64,000 nt of DNA, taken from positions 7,874-71,873 of the forward strand of contig JAJDYL010000103.1 of the NCBI GenBank assembly GCA_022825195.1. The letters are read 5' to 3'. Within the stretch, counting starts at the first letter, position 1. The number at the start of each line of letters is the position of its first letter. The notes beneath the pieces are model-generated. The model did no database searches, was not told the origin of the DNA, and worked only from the letters and a program-made list of their open reading frames with translations. Position numbers and translations under genes: made by a program. This document shows, one piece after another, positions 38,879-48,566 of the stretch. Origin of the DNA: Alphaproteobacteria bacterium. GTDB lineage: Bacteria; Pseudomonadota; Alphaproteobacteria; Bin95.

Positions 38879-39229
38879 ATGACCGTCCGGCGCGAAGACC
38901 TGGAGCGCGGCGCGGTGCAGTTTTCGGAAGTCGTCACCGGCGGCCGGCTGGCGCCGGTGCATCCCGGCGAAGTACTGCGCGATGAGTTCCTGGCGCCGAT
39001 GGACCTCAGCGTCTATGCGCTGGCCAAAGCGCTGAAGGTTTCAAGGGCGCGTCTAAACGACGTTGTGCGCGGCCGGCGGGCCGTCACAACCGATACTGCG
39101 CTGCGGCTGGGGCGCTATTTCGGCACCACACCGGATTTCTGGATCAATCTTCAGGTCCGATACGAATTGGACGCCTCCGATGCCCTTCGCGCGCGGATCG
39201 AAAAGGAGATCGCGCCCCGCGCAGCGTAA
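38879..39229 (+). CDS. HigA-family XRE HTH protein with no adjacent toxin gene
   Basis: …VHPGEVLRDEFLAPMDLSVYALAKALKVSRARLNDVVRGRRAVTTDTALRLGRYFGTTPDFWINLQ…; GGAGAGG RBS. Confidence 0.7.
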   Translation: MTVRREDLERGAVQFSEVVTGGRLAPVHPGEVLRDEFLAPMDLSVYALAKALKVSRARLNDVVRGRRAVTTDTALRLGRYFGTTPDFWINLQVRYELDASDALRARIEKEIAPRAA

Positions 39230-39247
39230 GGCCCATCCTTGCGGGCG

Positions 39248-39967
39248 CTATTCACCTCCTTCCCGCCCTCCGGAAGCCAACCGGGCGATGACGCCGCGGA
39301 GCGTGCGGACTTCCTGGTCGGTGAGGCCGGCGCGGGCGAAGACGGCGCGGAGATTGCGCTGGACGGTAGGCTTGAGCTTCGGTTCGCGGTAGTAACCCGC
39401 GGCTTCCAGCGCGCCGTCGAGATGCTGCCAGAAGCCCTCGAAGGCTTCCGCCGAGGCGCGCGCGCTGGTGGGCGGCGGCTCGGGCGGCGGGCCGGCCATG
39501 CGCCATTCCCAGGCCATCAGGAACACGGCCTGGGCGAGATTGAGCGAGGGGAATTCCGGGTTGAGCGGCGCCTCGACGATGGCGGCGGCCAGGCCCGCCT
39601 CGTCATTGTCGAGGCCGCTGCGCTCCGGGCCGAACAATATGCCCGTCCGCGCGCCGGAATCGCGCAACAGCCGCGCCGCCTCGCGGGGACCGTGGACGGG
39701 CTTCTCGACATCGCGCCGCCGCGCCGTCGTGGCCAGAACGAGCTGCAGGTCGGCGACGGCCTCGGCCGCCGTGTCGAAGAGGCGCGCCTTGTCGATCACG
39801 GCATCGGCGCCGGCCGCGGCCGCGCGGGCCGCCGGGTTCGGCCAGCCGTCGCGCGGGGCCGCGATACGGAGTTCGTCCAGCCCGCAATTCATCATCGCGC
39901 GCGCCGCCATGCCGATATTCTCGCCCAATTGCGGGCGCACCAGCACGATGGCGGGCGGGCGGCTCAC
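39248..39967 (-). CDS. SpoU/TrmH-family RNA 2'-O-methyltransferase (TrmJ-like)
   Basis: …IVLVRPQLGENIGMAARAMMNCGLDELRIAAP…. Confidence 0.8.
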   Translation of the reverse strand: MSRPPAIVLVRPQLGENIGMAARAMMNCGLDELRIAAPRDGWPNPAARAAAAGADAVIDKARLFDTAAEAVADLQLVLATTARRRDVEKPVHGPREAARLLRDSGARTGILFGPERSGLDNDEAGLAAAIVEAPLNPEFPSLNLAQAVFLMAWEWRMAGPPPEPPPTSARASAEAFEGFWQHLDGALEAAGYYREPKLKPTVQRNLRAVFARAGLTDQEVRTLRGVIARLASGGREGGE

Positions 39968-41550
39968 CGTTCGGCGGTGAGCAGCTTGTAGGTCAGGCTG
40001 TCGTTCAACGCCTCGTAGGAGGCATTGATGATGTTCTCCGAAACGCCGACCGTGGTCCAGCGGGCGCCCGTCTCGTCGGCGCTCTCGATCAGCACCCGCG
40101 TGACCGCCGCCGTGCCGTCGCCCGGTGTCAGGATGCGCACCCGGTAGTCGGTGAGGCGCACGCCCTCGAGGCAGGCATAGGCCGGCAGCAGCGCCTGGCG
40201 GAGCGCGGCATCGAGCGCATTCACCGGGCCGTTGCCCTCCGCCACCTCCATGGACCGGCGTCCGTCGACGGTGAGCTTGACCACGGCTTCCGACACGGTG
40301 ACCAGTTCGCGCCTGGCGTTCAGGCGCCGCTCGTCGGTGACGCGGAAGCTCTCCAGCGACCAGTAGTCGGGCACGGTCTGGAGCATCCGGTGGGCCAGAA
40401 GCTCGAAGCTCGCCAGCGCGCCGTCATAGGCGTAGCCCTCGAACTCGCGCTCCTTCACGAGATCGACAAGCCGGGCGACGCGCGGGTCGTCCCGGTCCAC
40501 ATCGAGGCCGATCTCCCGGAACCGCGCGAGGATATTGGCGCGGCCCGACTGGTCCGAGACCAGGATCTGGCGCTTGTTGCCGACCGTCTCCGGCGCAATG
40601 TGCTCGTAGAAGCCGGGATCCTTCTCCACGGCCGAGACGTGCAGGCCCGCCTTGTGCGCGAAGGCCGACGCCCCGACATAGGGCGCGTGACGGTTGGACG
40701 GACGGTTGAGCCGCTCGTCGAACGCCCGCGAGACCTGTGTGAGGCGCTCCAGCCCTTCGGCCGGAACCCCGGTCTCGAAGCCCATCTTGCGCGTGAGCGT
40801 CGGCAGCAGCGCCACCAGATCGGCATTGCCGCACCGCTCTCCCAGGCCGTTCAGGGTGCCCTGAACCTGCCTCGCCCCGGCGCGCACCGCCGCCAGCGTG
40901 TTGGCGACGGCATTGCCGGTGTCGTTGTGCGTGTGGATGCCGAGGCGGGCGCCCGGAACGGACCCGGCCGCCGCGGCGACGGCGGCCTCGATCTCGTGGG
41001 GAAGCGTGCCGCCGTTGGTGTCGCAGAGCACGACCCAGCGCGCACCGGCCTCCAGCGCCGTTTCCAGCACCTTGAGCGCATAGTCCGGACGGGCCTTGTA
41101 GCCGTCGAAGAAATGCTCGGCGTCGAACAGCGCTTCCTTGCCGCGCCCCACGATCTCGGCGATGGAATCGCGGATCATCGCCAGGTTCTCGTCGAGCGAA
41201 ACCCCGAGCGCCGACTCGGCATGGCGGGCATCGGCCTTGCCGACCAGGCAGATGGCGTCGACCTTCGAGCGGAGCGTGACCGCGAGCCCCGGGTCGTTCG
41301 CCGCCGACCGGCCGGCCCGGCGCGTCATGCCGAAGGCCGTGAGGCGGGCGCGGGAGAGCGCCGGCGGGTCGGCGAAGAAGCCGTCATCGGTCGGGTTGGC
41401 GCCGGGCCAGCCGCCCTCCACATAGTCGATGCCGAGCGCATCGAGATCGCGCGCGATGGCGGCCTTGTCGGCAATATTGAAATCGACGCCCTGGGTCTGG
41501 GCGCCGTCGCGGAGCGTCGTGTCGAAGAGGTAGAGGCGGTTGTCGTTCAT
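39964..41550 (-). CDS. cimA: citramalate synthase (LeuA-like)
   Basis: MNDNRLYLFDTTLRDGAQTQGVDF… HMGL-like barrel plus a LeuA-dimer C-terminal region. Confidence 0.85.
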   Translation of the reverse strand: MNDNRLYLFDTTLRDGAQTQGVDFNIADKAAIARDLDALGIDYVEGGWPGANPTDDGFFADPPALSRARLTAFGMTRRAGRSAANDPGLAVTLRSKVDAICLVGKADARHAESALGVSLDENLAMIRDSIAEIVGRGKEALFDAEHFFDGYKARPDYALKVLETALEAGARWVVLCDTNGGTLPHEIEAAVAAAAGSVPGARLGIHTHNDTGNAVANTLAAVRAGARQVQGTLNGLGERCGNADLVALLPTLTRKMGFETGVPAEGLERLTQVSRAFDERLNRPSNRHAPYVGASAFAHKAGLHVSAVEKDPGFYEHIAPETVGNKRQILVSDQSGRANILARFREIGLDVDRDDPRVARLVDLVKEREFEGYAYDGALASFELLAHRMLQTVPDYWSLESFRVTDERRLNARRELVTVSEAVVKLTVDGRRSMEVAEGNGPVNALDAALRQALLPAYACLEGVRLTDYRVRILTPGDGTAAVTRVLIESADETGARWTTVGVSENIINASYEALNDSLTYKLLTAER

Positions 41551-41708
41551 GGCGGCCCCCGGGCCGGACGGGCAGGCGCCGGGGTATAGCGCCCCCGCGC
41601 CGCCCGGTCGAGGCTCCGGTATCGGCTCCTCGGGACGCGCCTCCGCGATTGAATGCCGGCGCGCCTCGGCTATGGTGCCCGGACGCCCGTAACGCGAACC
41701 GACCGTCC

Positions 41709-42662
41709 ATGAGCATTCTCGTCACCGGCGTCGCCGGCTTCATCGGCATGCACACCGCCGCCGCGCTGCTTGCCCGCGGCGAGACGGTAATCGGCGTCGA
41801 CAATCTGGACGGCTACTACGACCCGGTGCTGAAGCGCGCCCGGCTCGCGCGCCTGAACGGCCTGCCCGGCTTTACCTTCCTGCGCACCGACATCGCCGAC
41901 GACGAGGCGATGGAACGGCTGCCGCTGGACGGGGTCGACCGCATCCTGCATCTCGCCGCACAAGCCGGCGTGCGCTATTCGCTGGAGAACCCGCGCGCCT
42001 ATGTCCGCGCCAACATCGCCGGCCACCTCAACCTGCTGGAACTGGCGCGGCGGCGGGCCGTCCGGCATTTCGTCTATGCGAGCTCCTCCTCCGTCTATGG
42101 AGACGCCGGGTCCGGCCCGCTCGCCGTCGGGGCGCCGGCCGACCGGCCCGTGTCGCTCTACGCCGCCACGAAGCGCGCGGACGAGCTGATGACGGAGTGT
42201 TACGCGCATCTCTACGGCTTCCCCGCGACGGGACTGCGCTATTTCACGGTTTACGGGCCGTGGGGCCGGCCCGACATGGCGCCGACCCTGTTCGCGCGCG
42301 CCATGCTCGCCGGCGAACCGATCCGGGTCTTCAACCGGGGCCGGCTCGCCCGCGATTTCACCTTCGTCGAGGACGCGGTCGCCGGCACGCTCGGCGCGCT
42401 CGACCGGACCGGGGACGGCCACCGGGTCTACAATATCGGCAACGGTCGCGCCGAGCCCCTGATGCGCTTCATTCACACGCTCGAAGCGGCTCTCGGCACG
42501 CGGGCGCGCATCGATTTCCAGCCGATGCAGCCGGGCGACGTGCTGGAGACCTGCGCCGACATCGGCGAAGCGGCGCAGCATTTCGACTACGTCCCCCGGA
42601 CCGCCATCGACGAGGGCCTGCCCCGCTTCGCCGCCTGGTACCGGAGCTATTACGGTGTTTGA
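41709..42662 (+). CDS. NAD-dependent epimerase/dehydratase (UDP-glucuronate 4-epimerase-like)
   Basis: MSILVTGVAGFIGMH…YASSSSVYG…YAATK…; trimmed from ORF 41649. Confidence 0.9.
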   Translation: MSILVTGVAGFIGMHTAAALLARGETVIGVDNLDGYYDPVLKRARLARLNGLPGFTFLRTDIADDEAMERLPLDGVDRILHLAAQAGVRYSLENPRAYVRANIAGHLNLLELARRRAVRHFVYASSSSVYGDAGSGPLAVGAPADRPVSLYAATKRADELMTECYAHLYGFPATGLRYFTVYGPWGRPDMAPTLFARAMLAGEPIRVFNRGRLARDFTFVEDAVAGTLGALDRTGDGHRVYNIGNGRAEPLMRFIHTLEAALGTRARIDFQPMQPGDVLETCADIGEAAQHFDYVPRTAIDEGLPRFAAWYRSYYGV

Positions 42663-43959
42663 CGCGCTGCTGCGCAAGCTGCTGGACCGCCGGGCGCGTA
42701 TCGGCGTCATCGGGCTCGGCTATGTCGGCCTGCCGCTGGCGCGCGCGTTCCACGAGGCCGGCTTCGCCGTGACGGGTTTCGACACCGATGCGCAGAAGCC
42801 GGCGCGCCTTGCCGCCGGGCGCTCCCACATCATGGATGTCTCCGACAGCGACGTCGCGCGAATGGCCGGAAGCGGGCGGTTCGAGGCGACGGGCGATTTC
42901 GCCCGGCTCGACGAGGCCGATGCGGTTGCGATCTGCGTGCCCACGCCCCTCGGCCCGGACCGGGAGCCCGATCTTCGCTTCGTCGAGGCGAGCGCCCGCG
43001 CCGTCGCCGCGACGCTCAGGCCGGGGCAGCTCGTCGTGCTCGAATCGACCACATGGCCCGGCACGACCGACGAGGTGGTCAAGCCCATCCTGGAGGCAGG
43101 CGGACTTCGCAGCGGGCGCGATTTCTTCCTCGCCTATGCGCCGGAGCGCGAGTCTCCCGGCAGCGGCGAACGGCGCATCCCGCGCGTCGTCGGTGCCGAC
43201 GGTCCGGAGGCGTTGGCGCTCGCCCGCGCGCTTTACGAAGCCGTATCCCCGGCGGTGCATGCCGTGTCCTCGCCGGCAACGGCGGAAGCGGCCAAGCTCA
43301 CCGAGAACGTCTTCCGCGCCGTCAACATCGCGCTCGTCAACGAACTCAAGGGCATCTACGCCGCGATGGATGTGGATGTCTGGGAAGTCGTCGAGGCGGC
43401 GAGCACCAAGCCCTTCGGCTACATGCCCTTCTGGCCCGGGCCCGGATGGGGCGGGCATTGCATCCCGATCGACCCGTTCTACCTCGCCTGGAAGGCGCGC
43501 GGCGTCGGCCTGCCGAGCCGCTTCATCGAACTCGCGGGCGAGATCAACGCCGAAATGCCCGAACGCGTGATTGCGCGGCTGGCCGGGGAACTCGCACCGG
43601 CAGCCCTTGCCGGCAGCCGCATCCTGCTCGCGGGCGTCGCCTACAAGAAGAATATCGACGACATTCGCGAGAGCCCGGCACTGCGCCTCTGGGAGCTGTT
43701 GGAGGCCGGAGGCGCGGACGTCGCCTATTTCGACCCGCATGTGCGGACGATTCCGCCCACCCGCGCCCATCCCGAGCTTGCCGGCACGTCCCGCATAGAG
43801 TGGTCGCCGAAGGCGCTGGCCGGTTTCGACGCCGCGCTCGCGGTAACCGATCACGATGCGGTGGACTGGGAGTCGCTGGCGGCGGCGGTCCCGCTGGTCG
43901 TGGATACGCGCAATGTCTACGATGACCGGCCGCGCCGGGCGCGGATCGTCAAGGCGTGA
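42655..43959 (+). CDS. nucleotide-sugar (UDP-glucose/GDP-mannose-type) dehydrogenase
   Basis: …RIGVIGLGYVGLPLA…GGHCIPIDP…; 8-nt overlap with the epimerase. Confidence 0.9.
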   Translation: MFDALLRKLLDRRARIGVIGLGYVGLPLARAFHEAGFAVTGFDTDAQKPARLAAGRSHIMDVSDSDVARMAGSGRFEATGDFARLDEADAVAICVPTPLGPDREPDLRFVEASARAVAATLRPGQLVVLESTTWPGTTDEVVKPILEAGGLRSGRDFFLAYAPERESPGSGERRIPRVVGADGPEALALARALYEAVSPAVHAVSSPATAEAAKLTENVFRAVNIALVNELKGIYAAMDVDVWEVVEAASTKPFGYMPFWPGPGWGGHCIPIDPFYLAWKARGVGLPSRFIELAGEINAEMPERVIARLAGELAPAALAGSRILLAGVAYKKNIDDIRESPALRLWELLEAGGADVAYFDPHVRTIPPTRAHPELAGTSRIEWSPKALAGFDAALAVTDHDAVDWESLAAAVPLVVDTRNVYDDRPRRARIVKA

Positions 43960-44360
43960 CGGAGGAGAGTGCCATGGCAGCCACGCGCGTTACCCATCCC
44001 GATGTGGCCGAGCCGCCGCCGGAGACCTGGTCCAACTGCCTGGTCGCAGGAAACCACATCTTCGTGGCCGGCATGACGGCGCGCGACGGCGCAACGATCC
44101 TCGCCGACGACGAATACGGGCAGGCCAGGGCGATCTTCGACAAGATCGCGAAGCTCCTCGACGCAGCCGGCGCGTCGATGGCCGATGTCGTCAAGGTCGT
44201 GATCTATGTCACCGACATCTCGCGGCGGGAGGAGGTCTGGCGCGCGCGCCGCGAGTTCTTCCGGGGCGATTTTCCGGTCTCCACGCTGGTCGAGGCGAGC
44301 GCGCTCGCCATGCCCGAACTCAAGGTCGAGATCGAGGCCATTGCGGTCCGCACCGGGTGA
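43956..44360 (+). CDS. ridA: RidA-family (YjgF/L-PSP) protein
   Basis: …VKVVIYVTDI…ALAMPELKVEIEAIA…; 4-nt overlap. Confidence 0.8.
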   Translation: MTEESAMAATRVTHPDVAEPPPETWSNCLVAGNHIFVAGMTARDGATILADDEYGQARAIFDKIAKLLDAAGASMADVVKVVIYVTDISRREEVWRARREFFRGDFPVSTLVEASALAMPELKVEIEAIAVRTG

Positions 44361-44458
44361 GCATCTTGTTCTCGAAGCGCCTGCAAAGCTGACGGGACCG
44401 GCCGAGCCGGGCTGCAGCGAGACCGAGGCGGCGCTCCTCCGGCCGACCCCGCTCCGCT

Positions 44459-44932
44459 TCAGTAGGGCGTGCCGTCCTTGCGCGTGAAGCGCCACTTGCC
44501 ATCCGCGCCCATGACGGCCTGGATATCGTCCTTCGGATAGCTGCCCTCGTCGCCTTCGGGCCGGTCGCCGATCTCGAGGATCACCACGTCCCGGTCGGTG
44601 CGGTTGAGAATATGGTGCGCCTCGCCGCGCGCGGGAAATCCGGCGCACATGCCGGGAGACAGCCGCGTTTCGCCCGAGGGAGTCGCCAGGGTCGGCTCGC
44701 CCTCCAGCACATAGACAAGTTCGTCCTGTTTGCTGTGCGTGTGCATCAGCGCCGATTCGCCGCCCGGCGCGATCCTGGTCAGGTTCACGCCGAAACTCTT
44801 CAGGCCGAAAAAGTCGCCGAGCGCCCGCTTCTCCCGCCGCGCCATGCGGCTGGCGAACGGTTCCGGGTAGTTGGACGGCTTCGTTCTGGCCGGAACGTCC
44901 GCGGCCGCAACGGCCGCCTTGTCGTCTGTCAT
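44459..44932 (-). CDS. cupin domain protein
   Basis: …GGESALMHTHSKQDELVYVLEGE…; trimmed to MTDDKAAV…. Confidence 0.75.
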   Translation of the reverse strand: MTDDKAAVAAADVPARTKPSNYPEPFASRMARREKRALGDFFGLKSFGVNLTRIAPGGESALMHTHSKQDELVYVLEGEPTLATPSGETRLSPGMCAGFPARGEAHHILNRTDRDVVILEIGDRPEGDEGSYPKDDIQAVMGADGKWRFTRKDGTPY

Positions 44933-44979
44933 CGCTCGTCCCCTTGCCGCCCGGCGGCAGGCTTCGGTCGGGTTCGACC

Positions 44980-45596
44980 TCAGCATATCCCCTCGACCGC
45001 CATCGGGACATGGCCCGGTTCCGCCGCAACCCGGTCGAGCCAGGCGCGCACGGCCGGATAGGCGCCGAGGTCGAAGCCCCCCTCCCCGGCCACATGGGTA
45101 TAGGCGTAGAGCGCAATGTCCGCGACGGTCATGCTCTCGCCGCCGAACCAGTCCCTCCGGCCCAGATGCCCCTCCATCACGGCAAGCGCGGCATGGCCGC
45201 CCTCGCGTTTGGCCGGAAGCTGCGCCCGCTGCGCGTCCGTCAGTTCGCCGAGATGAAGCCAGTGGCGGACGACCGCGATACAGGGCTCGTGGCTGTATTG
45301 CTCGAAAAACATCCATTGCAGGGTGTGCGCCCGGGCAAGGCGCTCCGAAGGCAGGAAGCGCGAGCCTTCCGCCAGATAGAAGAGGATCGCGTTGGACTCC
45401 GCGAGGCAGGCGCCGTTCTCCAGTTCCAGCACCGGAATGCGCCCGTTCGGGTTCTTCTTCAGGAAGGCCGGCGTGCGCGACTCTCCCTGGTCGATATCGA
45501 CCTCGACACGCTCGAAATCGCGGCCCAGATGGCCGAGCAGCAGGCGCGGCTTGTAGCCGTTGCCGGAGGTATGGTTGTCGTAGAGGCGGAGCATGG
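44980..45596 (-). CDS. glutathione S-transferase
   Basis: MLRLYDNHTSGNGYKPRLLL…ESNAILFYLAE…; trimmed from the 719-aa ORF. Confidence 0.85.
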
Positions 45597-45693
45597 GTCG
45601 TTCCTTCGGAAATGCGTTCGCCGTCCATGATCGGAAACACGCGCCGGCGGGTCCCGTGGCGTCTTTGCCTCTTTTCGGTAAGATCGCGCCACA

Positions 45694-46716
45694 ATGCCCG
45701 CTCATGCGCCTCATTCGCACGTTGTCGCCCTTGCCTATGACGGTCTCTGCACCTTCGAATTCGGCTGCGCCTACGAAATCTTCGGCCTGCCGCGGCCGGA
45801 GCTGGACCGTTCCTGGTATCGCTTCGATGTCTGCGCGGTCGAGCCGGGACCGCTCCGGGCGGCTGGCGGGCTCGCCGTCGCAGCGCCTTACGACCTGGAT
45901 CTGGTCGAACGGGCCGACACGGTGATCGTGCCGGGCTGGCGGGGCGCCGACGCGCCTCCGCCCCGGTCCCTGCTGGATGCGCTCGCGCGGGCCGCCGGGC
46001 GCGGCGGCCGGCTTGTCTCCATCTGCTCGGGCGTTTTCGTGCTGGCCGCAACCGGGGTGCTGAACGGGAAACGCGCAACGACCCACTGGCGCTATGCGGA
46101 CCTGCTGGCGCGGCGCTATCCCGAAATCCGCGTGGACCCCGACGTCCTCTATGTCGATGAAGGATCGGTGCTGACCTCCGCGGGCAGCGCGGCGGGGCTG
46201 GACCTCTGCCTCCACATCGTCCGCCGGGACCATGGGGCGGCCGTCGCGAACAATGTCGCGCGCCGGCTCGTGCTGGCTCCCCACCGGGATGGCGGCCAGC
46301 AGCAATTCGTGGCGATGCCGCTGGCGCGCCAGGACGGAAACGGCCGCCTGGCCGCCCTCCTCGACTGGCTGCCCGGCCATCTCGACGAAGAGTTGACCGT
46401 TGGCGACCTCGCCCGCCGGGCCGGCATGAGCGTCCGGGCGTTTCAGCGCCGCTTCCGGGATACGCTGGGCACCACGCCCGGCGAATGGCTCGCCCGCCAG
46501 CGTGTCGCCCATGCCCGCCAGCTCGCGGAGACGACCGACCTCTCGGTGGAACAGATCGCCGCGCAGTCGGGGTTCGGGTCGGTGGAGACCCTCCGCCACC
46601 ATTTCCGCCGCCTGGTCGGCACCACGCCCGGCCGCTACCGCCGCAGTTTCGCGCAGCCGGGGAACGGAAAACGGCAGCGGCGCCAAGCCGTTTCGCAGCC
46701 ACTGCCGAGCGGGTAG
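45694..46716 (+). CDS. GlxA-family transcriptional regulator (DJ-1/PfpI domain plus AraC HTH)
   Basis: …VSICSGVFVLAATG… and a C-terminal AraC HTH; divergent from the gst. Confidence 0.85.
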   Translation: MPAHAPHSHVVALAYDGLCTFEFGCAYEIFGLPRPELDRSWYRFDVCAVEPGPLRAAGGLAVAAPYDLDLVERADTVIVPGWRGADAPPPRSLLDALARAAGRGGRLVSICSGVFVLAATGVLNGKRATTHWRYADLLARRYPEIRVDPDVLYVDEGSVLTSAGSAAGLDLCLHIVRRDHGAAVANNVARRLVLAPHRDGGQQQFVAMPLARQDGNGRLAALLDWLPGHLDEELTVGDLARRAGMSVRAFQRRFRDTLGTTPGEWLARQRVAHARQLAETTDLSVEQIAAQSGFGSVETLRHHFRRLVGTTPGRYRRSFAQPGNGKRQRRQAVSQPLPSG

Positions 46717-46727
46717 AATGGGCGGGC

Positions 46728-46803
46728 GCCGCGCTAGCTCAGTCGGTAGAGCAGCCGATTTGTAATCGGCAGGTCGGGGGTTCGAGACCCTCGCGCGGCA
46801 CCA
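46728..46803 (+). tRNA. tRNA-Thr (anticodon TGT)
   Basis: Cloverleaf read by eye. Acceptor GCCGCGC/GCGCGGC; D-arm GCTC-AGTCGGTA-GAGC; anticodon stem GCCGA/TCGGC with loop TTTGTAA; T-arm GGGGG-TTCGAGA-CCCTC; CCA encoded. Confidence 0.85.
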
Positions 46804-46879
46804 GAAAACCAATAATTCAAGGGAATTCGGTGACTGCGGGACAGAGGCCGGTCGCCGGCGGGGGGTAGGGAAAACGGCA

Positions 46880-48550
46880 TTGGAGCACGATCCATCCGGG
46901 TTGAAACGGTCTCCAAGGCGCATCCGGGATGCCAGGAGCTGGGACCTGACCCCGCGCCAGCTCTGCGATCTGGAGCTCCTGCTGAACGGCGCTTTCTCCC
47001 CGCTCGAGGGCTTCATGGGTGCGGCGGAGCATGAGAGCGTGCTGCGGGACATGAGGCTGCCCGGCGGCGCGCTCTGGCCGGTCCCGGTGACACTCGATCT
47101 GACCGAAGAGTTCGCAGCCGGCCTCGAAGCGGGCGACACGGTCGTGCTGCGGGATGCGGAAGGGTTGCCCGTCGCGCTTATGGAGGTCGGCGAGACCTGG
47201 CGTCCGGAGCTGGCAGAAGAGGCCCGGGCCGTTTACGGCACCGACGACACGGCGCATCCCGGGGTCTTCCGTCTGTTGCACCGGACGCATCCGGTCTATG
47301 CGAGCGGCCGCGTCACGGGCGTCCAACCCGTTCTGCATTACGACCACCGCGCCCTGCGGCATACTCCCGCCGCGCTTCGCGCGCAGTTCCGCGAAATCGG
47401 CCATCGCCGGGTCGTCGCGTTCCACACCCGCAACCCGATGCATCGGGTCCATGTCGAACTGGCGCTGGAGGCGGCGCGCGCATGCGACGCGCACCTCCTG
47501 CTGCATCCCGTCGTGGGAGAGGCGATGCCGGGGGACATCGACCGCTTCACGCGGGTCCGGTGCTACCGGCGGGTCCTGCCCCGCTTCCCGGACGGGACGG
47601 CGACCCTGAGTCTGCTGAACCTGGCGATGCGCATGGCCGGGCCGCGCGAAGCGCTCTGGCACGCGATCGTCCGCAAGAACCACGGCTGCACGCATTTCAT
47701 CGTCGGCCGCGACCATGCCGGCCCCGGCGCCGACGGCGACGGACGGCCCTTCTACGGACCGCACGACGCCCAGGCGCTCATCGCCGGGCACGAGGACGAA
47801 CTCGGTATCGCCATGGTGCCGGTCCAGGAGATGGTCTATGTCCGCAACCGCGCCCGGTATCTGCCCACGGACCGGCTCTCCGGCGAGGACCGGGCGCTCA
47901 GGCTGACCGGCGCGGAGTTGCGGCGCAGGCTCGCGCTCGGAATCGACCTCCCGGACTGGTTCACCTTCCCCGATGTCGCCGCGGAACTCCGTCGCGCCTG
48001 CCCGCCGCGCCATCGCCGGGGTCTCGCCGTGTTGTTCACGGGGCTCTCGGGCGCGGGCAAATCCACGCTCGCAAAGGCCCTGGCCGCGATGTTGCGCGAG
48101 AGGGGCGACCGGCCCGTGACGCTGCTCGACGGCGACATTGTGCGCCGGCAGCTTTCCGGCGAACTCGGCTTCTCGCGCGAGCATCGCGAGATCAACCTGC
48201 GCCGGATCGGCTTCGTCGCATCCCGGATCGTGCGCAGCGGCGGGGCTGCGATCTGCGCCCCCATCGCTCCCTATGCCGCAAGCCGCCGCGAGTTCCGCGA
48301 GTCCGTCGAGGCCGCCGGCGGGTTTGTCGAAATACATGTCTCGACCCCGCTCGACACCTGCGAGGCGCGCGACCGCAAGGGGCTTTATGCGAAGGCCCGG
48401 GCCGGGCTGATCCGCGACTTCACGGGAATCGACGACCCCTATGAAGCGCCGGTCGATCCCGACATCCGGATCGACACGACGGATATCCCTCCGGACCTGG
48501 CGGCGCAACGCATCTTCGCCGAACTCGAAAGCCTCGGTTTCATTCGCTGA
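46880..48550 (+). CDS. bifunctional sulfate adenylyltransferase (Sat-type) / adenylylsulfate kinase
   Basis: ATP-sulfurylase HxxH (…[11 protein letters not shown]…) and a C-terminal APS-kinase P-loop ([13 protein letters not shown]). Confidence 0.9.
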   Translation: MEHDPSGLKRSPRRIRDARSWDLTPRQLCDLELLLNGAFSPLEGFMGAAEHESVLRDMRLPGGALWPVPVTLDLTEEFAAGLEAGDTVVLRDAEGLPVALMEVGETWRPELAEEARAVYGTDDTAHPGVFRLLHRTHPVYASGRVTGVQPVLHYDHRALRHTPAALRAQFREIGHRRVVAFHTRNPMHRVHVELALEAARACDAHLLLHPVVGEAMPGDIDRFTRVRCYRRVLPRFPDGTATLSLLNLAMRMAGPREALWHAIVRKNHGCTHFIVGRDHAGPGADGDGRPFYGPHDAQALIAGHEDELGIAMVPVQEMVYVRNRARYLPTDRLSGEDRALRLTGAELRRRLALGIDLPDWFTFPDVAAELRRACPPRHRRGLAVLFTGLSGAGKSTLAKALAAMLRERGDRPVTLLDGDIVRRQLSGELGFSREHREINLRRIGFVASRIVRSGGAAICAPIAPYAASRREFRESVEAAGGFVEIHVSTPLDTCEARDRKGLYAKARAGLIRDFTGIDDPYEAPVDPDIRIDTTDIPPDLAAQRIFAELESLGFIR

Positions 48551-48566
48551 GGCGCGGCGCCGCCTG

